A stretch of 17,141 nucleotides of DNA, taken from positions 1-17,141 of the forward strand of contig JBBRWO010000036.1 of the NCBI GenBank assembly GCA_038249135.1, given 5' to 3'. The notes below the pieces were generated by a model. That model did not search any database and was not told where the DNA came from. It worked only from the letters and a program-made list of their open reading frames with translations. The position numbers and the translations under genes were made by a program. Position 1 is the stretch's first letter; the number at the start of each line of letters is the position of its first letter. This stretch comes from Coriobacteriia bacterium (GTDB taxonomy: Bacteria > Actinomycetota > Coriobacteriia > Anaerosomatales > JAAXUF01). Below are positions 16,777 through 17,141 of the stretch, one piece after another.

Positions 16777-17141
16777 ATGGAATACCGGCATACCCCAGTT
16801 TTGCTGGCCGAGGTCACGCAGCAACTATCTCCGCAACCCGGTTCGATCATCGTCGATTGCACCTTAGGCGGGGCAGGACACGCGAAACGGCTTCAAGACC
16901 TCGTAGCTCCCACAGGCACCCTGGTGGGGATTGACCAAGATGACGCAGCACTTAGCGCAGCAGCAGTCACACTCCGCCTCGGCCAGCAAGAACTTAGCAC
17001 CAGCACAAAGCTCCTGAAGGGCAACTTCGGGGACCTGGACACGCTTCTCGTCCAGGCCAACGTGCCCTACGTCGATGGATTTCTCTTCGACTTGGGAGTC
17101 AGTTCGCCCCAACTCGACGTCCCCGAGCGTGGGTTCTCGTA
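16777..17141 (+). CDS. rsmH: 16S rRNA (cytosine1402-N4)-methyltransferase RsmH (MraW), 5' portion (continues beyond window)
   Basis: The translation MEYRHTPVLLAEVTQQLSPQPGSIIVDCTLGGAGHA...DGFLFDLGVSSPQLD matches the conserved RsmH N-terminal SAM-binding motifs. It lies 9 nt after the mraZ stop. Confidence 0.9.
   Translation, partial: MEYRHTPVLLAEVTQQLSPQPGSIIVDCTLGGAGHAKRLQDLVAPTGTLVGIDQDDAALSAAAVTLRLGQQELSTSTKLLKGNFGDLDTLLVQANVPYVDGFLFDLGVSSPQLDVPERGFS

Overview
This is a high-GC (roughly 65%) stretch of Gram-positive/actinobacterial-type chromosome. Dense GTG/TTG starts and long spurious antisense ORFs are typical of such genomes. Supported gene order on the forward strand is the pyrG 3' part, an M20 peptidase, then a DUF3866-like hypothetical; these three are translationally coupled. 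The FUSC-family membrane protein that follows lies on the minus strand, and after it the forward strand continues with ald, an orphan and unusually long (~770 aa) flotillin/SPFH-like protein with seven in-frame 33-bp tandem repeats, xerD, and a BMP-lipoprotein CUT2-type (nucleoside-like) ABC transporter operon (substrate-binding protein, tandem ATPase, two permeases). The DUF4349 membrane protein and an unlisted 44-codon hydrophobic micro-ORF are both on the minus strand, followed by mraZ and the rsmH 5' part that open the dcw cluster on the forward strand. I see no rRNA, tRNA, CRISPR, transposase or obvious defence or toxin-antitoxin module. Non-coding signals are several strong GC hairpins: a 19-bp perfect inverted repeat between convergent genes, a 12-bp intra-operon stem between the substrate-binding and ATPase genes, and the ald terminator. 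There is also a GTGG-N6 direct-repeat array with 10-bp periodicity in front of mraZ that resembles a MraZ operator. The most unusual items are the orphan giant flotillin-like protein, the unannotated micro-ORF divergent from mraZ, and the pyrG–M20–DUF3866 coupling in place of the usual pyrG–nudix–xerD arrangement. None is demonstrably a new system from sequence alone.
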